The position numbers were made by a program, and so were the translations under genes. A stretch of DNA of 60,323 bases, counting the filler. It is 5 parts of 5 records of this genome, joined end to end, with 100 filler letters (N's around TTAATTAATTAA, not from the genome) between each part and the next. Parts side by side here need not be neighbours in the genome. Positions count along the whole stretch, not along the records: positions 1 to 27,122 come from DRR723986_28219; 4 more parts are not named here. The stretch is one strand, 5' to 3'. Position 1 is the first letter of the stretch. Each line of letters opens with the position of its first letter. A model generated the notes under the pieces. That model saw only the letters and a list, made by a program, of their open reading frames with translations. It was not told the DNA's origin and did not search any database. Positions 10,862 to 20,028 of the stretch are shown one piece after another.

Positions 10862-10934
10862 TTTGTGATTACAATCACAAATAATAGCTATATTTTGTGA
10901 TTGCAATCACAAAAGTTATATTAAATTTGTGATT
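10862..10934 (+). promoter_or_regulatory. Three phased operator-like sites overlapping a Bacteroidota -7 promoter element
   Basis: TTTGTGATT-AC-AATCACAAA (10862-10881), perfect palindrome TTTTGTGATTGCAATCACAAAA (10893-10914), half site TTTGTGATT (10926-10934); TAAATTTG at 10922-10929 matches TAnnTTTG. Confidence 0.7.
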
Positions 10935-10947
10935 CATATTCTTAACT

Positions 10948-12093
10948 ATGTCACAAACTGCGATAAATAGAAACATTCTCCCTTCCATTAAAGAGCGTTT
11001 GTTCCGAAACAAAGCGATCCTGATTTTGGGGCCTAGGCAGGTTGGGAAAAGCACGCTTTGTGAAAAGTTATTGGAGGGGTCCGGCCATACTTGGCTGTAT
11101 CTAAATGGAGATGAGGCGGATGTGAGGTCTGAACTAACAGACACTACTGCTTCTCGGTTAAAAAATTTGTTGGGGGATCATAAGATCCTGTTTATTGATG
11201 AAGCGCAGCGAATTCCCGGCATAGGTATAACACTGAAAATAGTCGTAGATCAGCTCAAAGATGTGCAAGTTATTGCTACAGGTTCATCGGCATTTGACTT
11301 GGTGAATTTGTCGAATGAGCCTTTGACCGGCAGAAAATTTGAATTCTTTCTATTCCCTCTAAGTTTTGGAGAAATGGTAAATCATCATGGCTTATTGGCT
11401 GAAAAACGCCTGATCGAGCATCGTATGATTTATGGCTATTATCCAGAAATTGTGACGCATGCTGGTGAAGAAAAGGAGTTATTAAAACTTCTGGCGGGAA
11501 GCTATCTCTACAAAGATTTGTTGATGCTGGAACAAGTCAAAAAGCCAATTTTACTTGAGAAATTGCTTAAAGCTCTGGCGCTTCAGCTTGGCAGTGAAGT
11601 TAATTACCATGAGTTAGGGCAATTAGTCGAAGCTGATAAGACCACCGTAGAAAAATATATAGATCTGCTGGAAAAGGCCTATGTCATCTTTAGGGTTCCC
11701 GCGTACAATAGAAATATAAGAACTGAATTAAAGAAGGGGAAGAAAATTTACTTCTATGATTGCGGGATCAGAAATGCGATTTTAGGGAACTTCAATCCTT
11801 TTATAAACAGGACAGATGTGGGGGCTCTATGGGAAAATTACTATATCGTAGAACGGATGAAGTATCAGGCATATAACAACTCGGATGCTAACTATTATTT
11901 CTGGAGGACTACGGCACAGCAGGAAATTGATTTTATAGAAGAGTCAGAAGAAGGTATGAAAGCCATAGAATGTAAGTGGAGCGAAAAATCCAAAGCCAGA
12001 TTTCCCTCTACATTTACAGCTGCATACCCTGAGGCAACCCTAGGCCTAATTACTCCTAAGAATATTGAAGAGATGTTAGGGTTTGATAGATAG
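10948..12093 (+). CDS. AAA+ ATPase (AAA_14) with C-terminal DUF4143 / PD-(D/E)XK-like domain
   Basis: Walker A GPRQVGKS, Walker B FIDEAQ, TGS, LTGR, KIYFYDCGIRN, EIDF..IECK. Confidence 0.85.
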   Translation: MSQTAINRNILPSIKERLFRNKAILILGPRQVGKSTLCEKLLEGSGHTWLYLNGDEADVRSELTDTTASRLKNLLGDHKILFIDEAQRIPGIGITLKIVVDQLKDVQVIATGSSAFDLVNLSNEPLTGRKFEFFLFPLSFGEMVNHHGLLAEKRLIEHRMIYGYYPEIVTHAGEEKELLKLLAGSYLYKDLLMLEQVKKPILLEKLLKALALQLGSEVNYHELGQLVEADKTTVEKYIDLLEKAYVIFRVPAYNRNIRTELKKGKKIYFYDCGIRNAILGNFNPFINRTDVGALWENYYIVERMKYQAYNNSDANYYFWRTTAQQEIDFIEESEEGMKAIECKWSEKSKARFPSTFTAAYPEATLGLITPKNIEEMLGFDR

Positions 12094-12387
12094 GTTTTTA
12101 CTGTAAATCTGCCAGCTTGTCACCCTTTCGTACCAAAGAATTATTTGTCGTTTGACTTTTAAGAGTTTTAAGTTTCATTATTCTAACAACATTCCGCCAA
12201 TCTGCGAAATATCCTCTTTCGGTACGAAGGTTGTTTTAAAAATGTCAGGTTAACTAAGTTAAACCTGTATATATCAAGTTATCAACATTAAAAAGCTGTA
12301 ATTCAATTCTGATTTGTTTCCATTTTTGTCCCTCCACACGGGAGAGCCAGCTTCGGAAAAAATCAATTTAATATAAAAAAAGTAGAA

Positions 12388-13200
12388 ATGTCTAAGCAAA
12401 GAATTCTCATCAAATATGGTGGGAATGCGATGATCAATCCCCAGTTGCAGCAAGAAATTGCAGCACAGATTTTTAAACTTCAGGAAGCGGGATTTGAAGT
12501 CATCATGGTACACGGCGGTGGACCATTTATTAATAAAGCACTGGAAAAAGCAGCCATCAAATCACAATTCGTGGATGGCCTCAGAGTGACGGAAGCCATT
12601 GCTTTCGCAGAAATCCAAAAAGCTCTGATCGGAGAAGTCAATGCAGACTTAATCTCCACACTTAATCAAAATAACTTAAAAGCTGTCGGTCTTTCCGGTA
12701 AAGACGGAGGGATGGTGCTGGCGAAAAAATATCAGCACAAAACTGCTGATGGAAGTATAGCAGATTTGGGTTTGGTAGGTGAGATCACACGTATAGATGA
12801 TAAACTTATCAATTTGCTTTGCGAAGCAGGCTATGTGCCCGTAGTTGCTTGTGTGGCTGATGGTCTAGATGGGAATTCTTATAATATTAACGCAGATACG
12901 TTTGCGGGGAAACTTTCGGCAGCGGTGAACGCTGATCAGCTTATTGTCCTCACTGACGTGGATGGACTTTTCCTCAACTATCCTGATCCTGCATCGATCA
13001 TCCGCGAACTCAATGAAAGCGCTGTAAATGAACACATGGGATCGACGATTCAAGGCGGAATGATCCCTAAAATTCAATCTTGTATGCTGGCTTTGCAGGA
13101 AGGAGTGAAAAAAGCAATCATTCTAAATGGCACCAAGCCTGAGCAGATTGCACAGTATGTGATTGAAAATAAACAAATTGGAACCACTTTGACCCTATAA
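12388..13200 (+). CDS. argB: Acetylglutamate kinase
   Basis: IKYGGNA, VHGGGP, GLRVT, NINAD, LTDVDG, GGMIPK. Confidence 0.95.
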   Translation: MSKQRILIKYGGNAMINPQLQQEIAAQIFKLQEAGFEVIMVHGGGPFINKALEKAAIKSQFVDGLRVTEAIAFAEIQKALIGEVNADLISTLNQNNLKAVGLSGKDGGMVLAKKYQHKTADGSIADLGLVGEITRIDDKLINLLCEAGYVPVVACVADGLDGNSYNINADTFAGKLSAAVNADQLIVLTDVDGLFLNYPDPASIIRELNESAVNEHMGSTIQGGMIPKIQSCMLALQEGVKKAIILNGTKPEQIAQYVIENKQIGTTLTL

Positions 13201-13206
13201 AACACT

Positions 13207-14400
13207 ATGACAAATCAAGATTTATACACCAAAGACAGAGAGAATTACTTACCCACCTTTAATCGCTTTCCATTAGCTTTTATCAAAGGCAAAGGAAGTC
13301 GGCTTTGGGATGCAGATGGGAAAGAGTACATTGATTTATTGGCTGGTATAGCCGTGAATAACGTTGGGCATTGCCATCCGAAAGTGGTGAAAGCCATTCA
13401 GGAGCAAGCAGCTCAATTGATGCATATTTCTAATTTTTTCGTGAGTCCTCAGCAAGTTGCGCTGAGCGAATTGCTGGTGAAAATCTCAGGATTGGATCGG
13501 GTTTTCCTGACCAACAGTGGAGCTGAATCTGTGGAAGGCGCGATCAAAATTGCCCGCAGATATGCCCACAAACATGGAAAAGGTGGAAAAGTGATTTCCA
13601 TGCATAATTCATTTCACGGTAGAACTTTAGCTACTATCGCTACAGGTCAGGAGAAATATCAACAAGGATTTGGGCCTATTCCAACTGGATTTGCTCAAGT
13701 TCCTTTTAATGATCTTGCAGCTGTGGAAGCTGCGATTGATAACGAAACTGCGGCAGTGATTGTTGAGCCTATCCAAGGTGAGGGAGGAGTTGTTCCTGCG
13801 GAAAAAGCGTATCTGCAAGGGTTGAGAAAGCTTTGTGACGAGAAGGGAATACTCTTGATTTTTGATGAGATTCAATGTGGCATTGGCCGAACAGGAAAAT
13901 GGTTTGCCAAAGACCATTTTGGAGTACAACCAGATATCATGACTTTGGCCAAAGGCCTAGGTGGAGGAGCTCCAATTGGAGCAGTTCTATGTAATGAGAA
14001 GGTGGCAAGTGCTATTGAGTTTGGCGATCACGGAACGACTTTCGGAGGAAATCCATTGGTTGCAGCTTCAGCGATAGCGACTATTGAGGTGATCAATGAG
14101 GAGCAGCTTTGCAAAAGAGCGAGTGAAACAAGCGAATGGTTGCAAGGGAAGCTGGCTGAATTGATAGCGAAGCATGAGGAGCTGGAGTCTGTAAGAGGAT
14201 TAGGTCTCATGCTTGGAGTGAAAATGAAATCCGAAGCTAAGCCATATGTTTTGAGATTACTCGAAGAAGGAATTGTCGCCAATGCTACCGCAGGAAATAT
14301 TTTGAGACTCGTACCGGCATTGAATATCAGCAGAGAGGAGCTGAATATTTTCTTAGAGAAACTTGACGAAATTTTAACCGAAACCCCTGTATCCGCCTAA
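13207..14400 (+). CDS. argD: Acetylornithine aminotransferase
   Basis: NSGAE, SFHGRT, EPIQGEGG, DEIQCG, AKGLGGG, HGTTFGGNP; arg context. Confidence 0.93.
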   Translation: MTNQDLYTKDRENYLPTFNRFPLAFIKGKGSRLWDADGKEYIDLLAGIAVNNVGHCHPKVVKAIQEQAAQLMHISNFFVSPQQVALSELLVKISGLDRVFLTNSGAESVEGAIKIARRYAHKHGKGGKVISMHNSFHGRTLATIATGQEKYQQGFGPIPTGFAQVPFNDLAAVEAAIDNETAAVIVEPIQGEGGVVPAEKAYLQGLRKLCDEKGILLIFDEIQCGIGRTGKWFAKDHFGVQPDIMTLAKGLGGGAPIGAVLCNEKVASAIEFGDHGTTFGGNPLVAASAIATIEVINEEQLCKRASETSEWLQGKLAELIAKHEELESVRGLGLMLGVKMKSEAKPYVLRLLEEGIVANATAGNILRLVPALNISREELNIFLEKLDEILTETPVSA

Positions 14401-14401
14401 T

Positions 14402-15445
14402 ATGAGCACGCAAAAATTAAAAGTAGCCATAGTTGGAGCATCTGGATTTACAGGTTCTGAGTTGGCGAGATTACTCCTGAATCACGAAGGAGTTTCTATA
14501 GAAATGATCACTTCTGAATCACACGTGGGCAAGCCATTTTCTGATTTGCACCCGCAGTTTGTGGATAGATTAGATATTCCTTTGGTAAGTGCAGAGGAAG
14601 TGAGTAATAAAAATTTGGATGTGATTTACCTGGCTTTGCCTCATGGGGTTTCCATGGATTTTGTGGCAAAATGGAAGGATTCAGGAGCGAAGATTATTGA
14701 CCTTTCGGGTGATTTTAGACTTTCTACCAAGGAAGTTTACGAGGAATGGTACAACAAAAAGCATAGCTATCCTGAAGGATTTGCTACAGCAGTATATGGT
14801 TTGCCAGAGCTTTTTGCTGATAAAATCAAGTCTGCTAATCTCGTCGCTAACCCAGGTTGCTATTCAACAGCATCTATTTTAAGCATGGCTCCTCTTTTTG
14901 CGAAGCAACTGATTGAAGATAAATCTCTGATCATTGATGCAAAGTCGGGTCTAACGGGAGCCGGGATTAAGGCGAGTGCTACGACACATTTTTCTAATGT
15001 CAATGAGAATTTCAAGGCTTACGGCATCGCTGGTCACAGGCATACAATAGAGATTGAAGAGCAATTGGGTGGATTGGCAGGTAGCCAAACTGCGGTTCAG
15101 TTTACTCCGCATTTATTACCTGTGGATAGAGGTATTTTGGTTACGGCTTACGCCAAAATCAAGGGTGAAATGAATCAGGGAAAATTGACTGAGATCTATC
15201 GGGATTTTTACCAAGACAAGCCATTTGTAAGATTGAGGAATCAAGCTCCAGGGATCAAAGATGTGCGCGGAAGTCATTTTTGCGATGTGTTTCCAGTTTG
15301 GGATGCTAGGACTGAGCGTGTGATTGTGATCTCGGTAATTGATAACTTGCTAAAAGGCGCAGCTAGTCAGGCGGTTCACAATATGAATTTAATGTTTGGT
15401 TTGTCAGAGGCAGAAGGGTTGAACCAAGTGCCATTAAAACCCTAA
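14402..15445 (+). CDS. argC: N-acetyl-gamma-glutamyl-phosphate reductase
   Basis: GASGFTG, ALPHG, DLSGDFR, ANPGCY, DNLLKGAA. Confidence 0.95.
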   Translation: MSTQKLKVAIVGASGFTGSELARLLLNHEGVSIEMITSESHVGKPFSDLHPQFVDRLDIPLVSAEEVSNKNLDVIYLALPHGVSMDFVAKWKDSGAKIIDLSGDFRLSTKEVYEEWYNKKHSYPEGFATAVYGLPELFADKIKSANLVANPGCYSTASILSMAPLFAKQLIEDKSLIIDAKSGLTGAGIKASATTHFSNVNENFKAYGIAGHRHTIEIEEQLGGLAGSQTAVQFTPHLLPVDRGILVTAYAKIKGEMNQGKLTEIYRDFYQDKPFVRLRNQAPGIKDVRGSHFCDVFPVWDARTERVIVISVIDNLLKGAASQAVHNMNLMFGLSEAEGLNQVPLKP

Positions 15446-15564
15446 GGAGACGGAAGACCGATATAGGTGACCGAAGTCGCCCAGATGCTAGCGTTAAGCT
15501 GCTTTTATGATTAGTTAGTTTGCGGGCAATAAAGAGGATGTAAATAATCTTAATTTATAAATAG

Positions 15565-16776
15565 ATGATCAAAAATATAACAAACGTACGCGGCATTAAA
15601 TGCTGGGGTGCGCATACTGGGGTAAAATCCATGAAAAGGGATTTGGCTATTATTTATTCAGAGGTTCCAGCAGCTGCTGCTGGTACATTGACCCAGAATA
15701 AAGTGCGTGCAGAGCCTATCAAAATAACAGAGAAAAACCTTGAAAACAACCGAGCTCAGGTAATCATCTGTAATGCAGGTAATGCCAATGCCTGTACAGG
15801 AGACCAAGGACGCGAAGGCGCAGAGGCAATGGTTCGCACGACTGCTGAGGCTCTGGGGATTCCTGAAGAAGATGTGATTGTAGCCTCTACAGGTATTATC
15901 GGAGTGGAATTTCCTACCGAAGATGTAGTGGAAGGTCTGAAAGTCAATATTCCAAAACTAAGTGGAGAAATTAAGGCTGGGTCCTTTGTGGCTAATGCCA
16001 TTTTGACGACAGATACTTTCGCAAAGGAAGGATTTATTGAGTTTGAATATGAAGGAGTAAAGATCAATATGGGTGGTGTTGCCAAGGGGTCAGGAATGAT
16101 TCATCCAAATATGGCAACCATGCTGGCTTTCGTGGTAACGGATTTTAATATTGATGAAAAACTATTGCAAGAGGCTGTTTCCTATTGTGTGGATAGGTCT
16201 TTCAATATGATCACCGTAGATGGAGATACGTCTACAAATGATATGGTGGCTGTGATGGCAAATGGACTAGCCGGTAATAGAAAGGTGAATAGTAAAGACG
16301 ATCCAGGGTATGAGATTTTCTTGGAGAAATTATTGGAAATCTTAACTCACCTAGCAAAGCTCATCGTGTCCGATGGTGAAGGAGCTTCCAAGTTTATCGA
16401 ATATAGAGTGACTAATGCTAGAACTGAGGGGATTGCCAGAACTATAATTCGAGCTATATCGGATTCCACTTTGGTGAAAACTGCCATGTTTGGACGAGAC
16501 CCGAATTGGGGTAGAATTATAGCAGCAGCTGGTAATGCGGGTGTTTCATTTAACTATAAGAAGGTGAATCTATTCATTGGCGATCAAAACCATCTGGTTC
16601 AGGTCTTGGATAAAGGGAATCCTGTAAATTTTGAGAAGTCTTACATGAAAAAGCTTCTTCGTGAATCCCACATACGAGTTAAACTCGAACTTAATACAGG
16701 TGATGAAGAAGGTATAGGTTGGGGATCTGATTTAACCACGGATTATGTGATGTTCAATTCAGTTTATACGACTTGA
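15565..16776 (+). CDS. argJ: Bifunctional glutamate N-acetyltransferase / ornithine acetyltransferase
   Basis: GNANACTG, KGSGMIHPNMATML autoproteolysis site, DGDTSTND, DGEGA, DPNWGR. Confidence 0.95.
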   Translation: MIKNITNVRGIKCWGAHTGVKSMKRDLAIIYSEVPAAAAGTLTQNKVRAEPIKITEKNLENNRAQVIICNAGNANACTGDQGREGAEAMVRTTAEALGIPEEDVIVASTGIIGVEFPTEDVVEGLKVNIPKLSGEIKAGSFVANAILTTDTFAKEGFIEFEYEGVKINMGGVAKGSGMIHPNMATMLAFVVTDFNIDEKLLQEAVSYCVDRSFNMITVDGDTSTNDMVAVMANGLAGNRKVNSKDDPGYEIFLEKLLEILTHLAKLIVSDGEGASKFIEYRVTNARTEGIARTIIRAISDSTLVKTAMFGRDPNWGRIIAAAGNAGVSFNYKKVNLFIGDQNHLVQVLDKGNPVNFEKSYMKKLLRESHIRVKLELNTGDEEGIGWGSDLTTDYVMFNSVYTT

Positions 16777-16805
16777 TAAGTATTTTTCCTCAGGGTTAAA
16801 AGTTG

Positions 16806-16833
16806 TCCTGCTTCACCAGAAGCAGGATTTTTT
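16806..16833 (+). terminator. Rho-independent terminator after argJ
   Basis: TCCTGCTTC-ACCA-GAAGCAGGA followed by a T-run. Confidence 0.7.
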
Positions 16834-16842
16834 TATGTGCTT

Positions 16843-17451
16843 CTAATCAATTTTCTCAAAAAACGCTTCCAGGTCTAGCTCAAAACCGGGGATGCAGGCT
16901 GAGCTTATTATATCACCATGAGAAAAGAGTCGCGAAGGCTGATATTTTCCATCTATTAAACTGTAAATTATCATGGTCTCTTCAGATGGATGAATAATCC
17001 AGTATTCCTTGACACCGAACTCTTCATACACTTCATATTTGTTTCTTAACTCCTTCTTATTATTTCCTGGGGAAAGCACTTCTACTATCAGATCCGGCGC
17101 CCCGACACATCCTGCTTCATCCAATTTGGAACGGTCACAAACCACACAGACATCTGGCTGGACTACTGTGAATATGTCTTCATTCTTTCTGGACTTAACG
17201 GGTAGGCGCACATCAAAAGGAGCGATAAATACTTCGCATGATTTCTTCTCCAGGAAGTTTAAAAGCTCTGAGCCTAATCGAAGCACAATTTTCTGATGCT
17301 TCATTCTTGGCGCAGCTGCAGCAGAACGAAACACTTTACCCTTGATGAGTTCGACCATTTCATCAATCTCCCAAGTCAGATAGTCTGCATAGGAATATAC
17401 GCCGTATTCTGTAAACGGCTCTTTTCCAAGATCTTTCTGCTCAGATTCCAT
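16843..17451 (-). CDS. Uma2 (DUF820) family restriction-endonuclease-like protein
   Basis: ELIKG, APFDVRL, VQPD, GAPDLIVEVLSP, K..YE..GVKEYWII. Confidence 0.88.
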   Translation of the reverse strand: MESEQKDLGKEPFTEYGVYSYADYLTWEIDEMVELIKGKVFRSAAAAPRMKHQKIVLRLGSELLNFLEKKSCEVFIAPFDVRLPVKSRKNEDIFTVVQPDVCVVCDRSKLDEAGCVGAPDLIVEVLSPGNNKKELRNKYEVYEEFGVKEYWIIHPSEETMIIYSLIDGKYQPSRLFSHGDIISSACIPGFELDLEAFFEKID

Positions 17452-17527
17452 AGGAGCAATTTAATGAAATGGCTTGAAAAAAACAGTAACTATAAAAGTC
17501 CATCGAGATTCTTAAAACTCAAAGTGC

Positions 17528-18775
17528 TCACATGTACCTCCCCACTTCAAACCCTTTCAATTCCAAAGTGGTGTCTTTTTGCTGGTGCAATTCACTGATG
17601 ATTTTTCCGGAAGCTGGAGCTAAACTTACACCCATCATCGAGTGCCCAGAGTTCACCATGACATTGGAGTAGCCAGGAGCAAAACCTATATATGGAAGTC
17701 CATCAGGCGAGCAGGGTCTTAAACCTTTCCAGATTTTATTTTCTTCTGGGAATTTTGCTTCAAACGCAGGGTAATAGCGATTGATGGATTCGAAGATTCC
17801 CTTCACACGATTCAGGTTTACTTTTTGGTTAGTACCAGCGATTTCCATCGTTCCGCCAAAACGAATTTGCTCGCCATACGGGCTTACAGCGACTTTCATC
17901 TCAGTGAGAATTGATGATTGCATGATCTCAGGCTTGTTTTCTTGTAGAAAAGAATACCCCTTTCCTCCCATCATAGGAAGAGTAAAACCTAAAAGATCAG
18001 CCAATTCTCCCGACCATGATCCTCCACAAAGAATTACTTTCTCTACTTCAATTTTTCCTTGATCTGTAAGTACAGCATTCACTGAGTTTCCACTTTTTTC
18101 AAAACCAGTGACTTGTGTATTTGGGAGAAAATTGACTCCTTTTTGTAGTAAGTAACTTTTCAGGAACCCATACAATTTCCCTGGGTCTAAATGTGCATCG
18201 CCAGGAAATCGAACAGCTCCACGTGCTTTTACTTCTAGGTTTGGTTCGAAGGTGCGAATGTCATCTGGAGTTAAAATATCAGCCTGCAAGCCATTTGCAT
18301 TTGCCAGGTGTGCAAATTCAATTTCCTCCTTCTCAACTGCCTCAGTCTGATAGATCATCATCAATCCTTTCTCTTGCAAAGCAATCTGAGAGTCTGGATG
18401 CTCATCACGAAACTCCTGGTAAAGCGCCTTACTGAGTAAACTTAGATTTTTCAATACAGGAACAGATCGCTCCACATGCGCAGGACTAGAAGCTTTATAA
18501 AACTGGTAGCACCATTTCAGCAGTTTAGCATCAAGTCGAGGATGAATATAGAATGGGCTTTTGGAAGAAAACATCCAGGAAATACCCTTGCTAATCATGC
18601 CGGGAGCGGCCAAAGGAATTATATGGCTAGGTACGATCATGCCAGCATTGCCAGTGGAGCAATTCACCTGCATGTCGCCTTGATCAATTACTTGAACTTC
18701 AATTCCTTCTTTTTGAAGAAAATAGGCTGTAAAAAGGCCGATTACTCCGCCGCCGATGATGATTGTTGGTTTCAT
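17528..18775 (-). CDS. FAD-dependent D-amino-acid dehydrogenase (probable D-hydroxyproline dehydrogenase)
   Basis: MKPTIIIGGGVIG Rossmann start at 18775, GNAG, GLRPCSPDGLP, GH...G; directly downstream of the Hyp epimerase. Confidence 0.8.
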   Translation of the reverse strand: MKPTIIIGGGVIGLFTAYFLQKEGIEVQVIDQGDMQVNCSTGNAGMIVPSHIIPLAAPGMISKGISWMFSSKSPFYIHPRLDAKLLKWCYQFYKASSPAHVERSVPVLKNLSLLSKALYQEFRDEHPDSQIALQEKGLMMIYQTEAVEKEEIEFAHLANANGLQADILTPDDIRTFEPNLEVKARGAVRFPGDAHLDPGKLYGFLKSYLLQKGVNFLPNTQVTGFEKSGNSVNAVLTDQGKIEVEKVILCGGSWSGELADLLGFTLPMMGGKGYSFLQENKPEIMQSSILTEMKVAVSPYGEQIRFGGTMEIAGTNQKVNLNRVKGIFESINRYYPAFEAKFPEENKIWKGLRPCSPDGLPYIGFAPGYSNVMVNSGHSMMGVSLAPASGKIISELHQQKDTTLELKGFEVGRYM

Positions 18776-18780
18776 ATTTT

Positions 18781-18854
18781 TGTACCAGGTACCATGTACA
18801 AAGTACCAAGTCAAGTCACAAAGACATTGTACTTGGGACATTGTACTTTGTACA
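18781..18854. repeat. Inverted block of 7-bp repeats (hairpin)
   Basis: TGTACCA GGTACCA TGTACAA AGTACCA ... TTGTACT TGGGACA TTGTACT TTGTACA. Confidence 0.7.
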
Positions 18855-18856
18855 AT

Positions 18857-19861
18857 TTAAATCACTTGGAATCCATGTACATAGGGATCATCGTCATCAA
18901 GAATGATGGTGTTATATCCGTAAACTTTTGCCCAGCCTTCTATACTTGGAATAATGGCTGGTTTACCAGCTATTTCTGTTTCTTCTTCTATTCTTCCGAT
19001 GAATTTGGAACCAATGAAGCTCTCGTGAATGAAATCTTCTCCCGGTTTCAATAATCCTTTTGCATACCATTGAGCTAGACGAGCTGAAGTTCCCGTGCCG
19101 CAAGGCGAGCGGTCGATTGCCTTGTCACCGTAAAAGACCGCATTGCGAGCTGTACTCGTAGGATCGAGGGTTTTTCCAGTCCAAAGCACATGGGAAAGTC
19201 CTTTGATCGCGGGATGCTCAGGATGGACAAACTCGTATTTCTCATTCATCTTCTTTCGAAGAGAGCGAGCCATGGAGATCAATTGTTCTGCTTTGAAATG
19301 CTCCAGTCCAGGAAAATTCTCCTGTGGATCCACGATGCAATAAAAGTTGCCACCATAAGAAACATCCACTGTCAATTTTCCCAATTCGTCAGATTCTATC
19401 TCCAACCCCTCATTCGCAAGGAAGCTTTTGACATTGGTCAGCTTGACAGACTTGACTTTTCTGCCGTCTTGCTTGTACTCCACGAGAACTAATCCGGCGG
19501 GAGTTTCAAGCCTAAGCTTCCCTGGAGTTTTAGGGTAAATCAATCCTTCCTCAATAGCAATCGTCACCGTGCCGATCGTACCATGTCCACACATGGGTAG
19601 GCAACCGCTGGTCTCAATAAATAGCACTGCTACGTCATTCTCAGGATTGTGTGGAGGGAAAAGCATCGACCCAGACATCATATCATGACCTCGAGGTTCA
19701 AACATCAATCCCGTCCTGATCCAGTCTAAATTGTCTAGAAAATACTGGCGCTTTTCCAGCATATTGTCTCCTTTCAAAAAGGGAACTCCGCCCGAAACTA
19801 CCCGCACCGGATTGCCACAAGTATGGGCATCGATGCAGGAGAAAGTGTGTCGTGTTGACAT
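18857..19861 (-). CDS. 4-hydroxyproline 2-epimerase (proline racemase family)
   Basis: Both catalytic Cys motifs, PMCGHG and DRSPCGTGT; EPRGH. Confidence 0.92.
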   Translation of the reverse strand: MSTRHTFSCIDAHTCGNPVRVVSGGVPFLKGDNMLEKRQYFLDNLDWIRTGLMFEPRGHDMMSGSMLFPPHNPENDVAVLFIETSGCLPMCGHGTIGTVTIAIEEGLIYPKTPGKLRLETPAGLVLVEYKQDGRKVKSVKLTNVKSFLANEGLEIESDELGKLTVDVSYGGNFYCIVDPQENFPGLEHFKAEQLISMARSLRKKMNEKYEFVHPEHPAIKGLSHVLWTGKTLDPTSTARNAVFYGDKAIDRSPCGTGTSARLAQWYAKGLLKPGEDFIHESFIGSKFIGRIEEETEIAGKPAIIPSIEGWAKVYGYNTIILDDDDPYVHGFQVI

Positions 19862-20028
19862 TTATTAATTCAAAATTTGAATATTGAAATAACTTGTCCG
19901 CCGTGGCGGATTGGAAAATTAGAGATCAAAGATCTCCCGACAGTACTTAAAATCCCGAAGGGGAATTTTTTGAATAGAAGATGAAGTTCCGGAAGACCCG
20001 TAAATCAAACTTCGTAATTCGTAATCCC

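Noticed and set aside
10862-10934. Mini-CRISPR array
   Set aside because: Only 2.5 units with ~12-nt spacers, no cas genes, and the sites overlap a promoter
18776-18841. Cys/aromatic N-terminal extension MSQVQCLCDLTWYF on the FAD dehydrogenase
   Set aside because: It is a translation of the heptamer repeat; the Rossmann motif starts at the ATG at 18775
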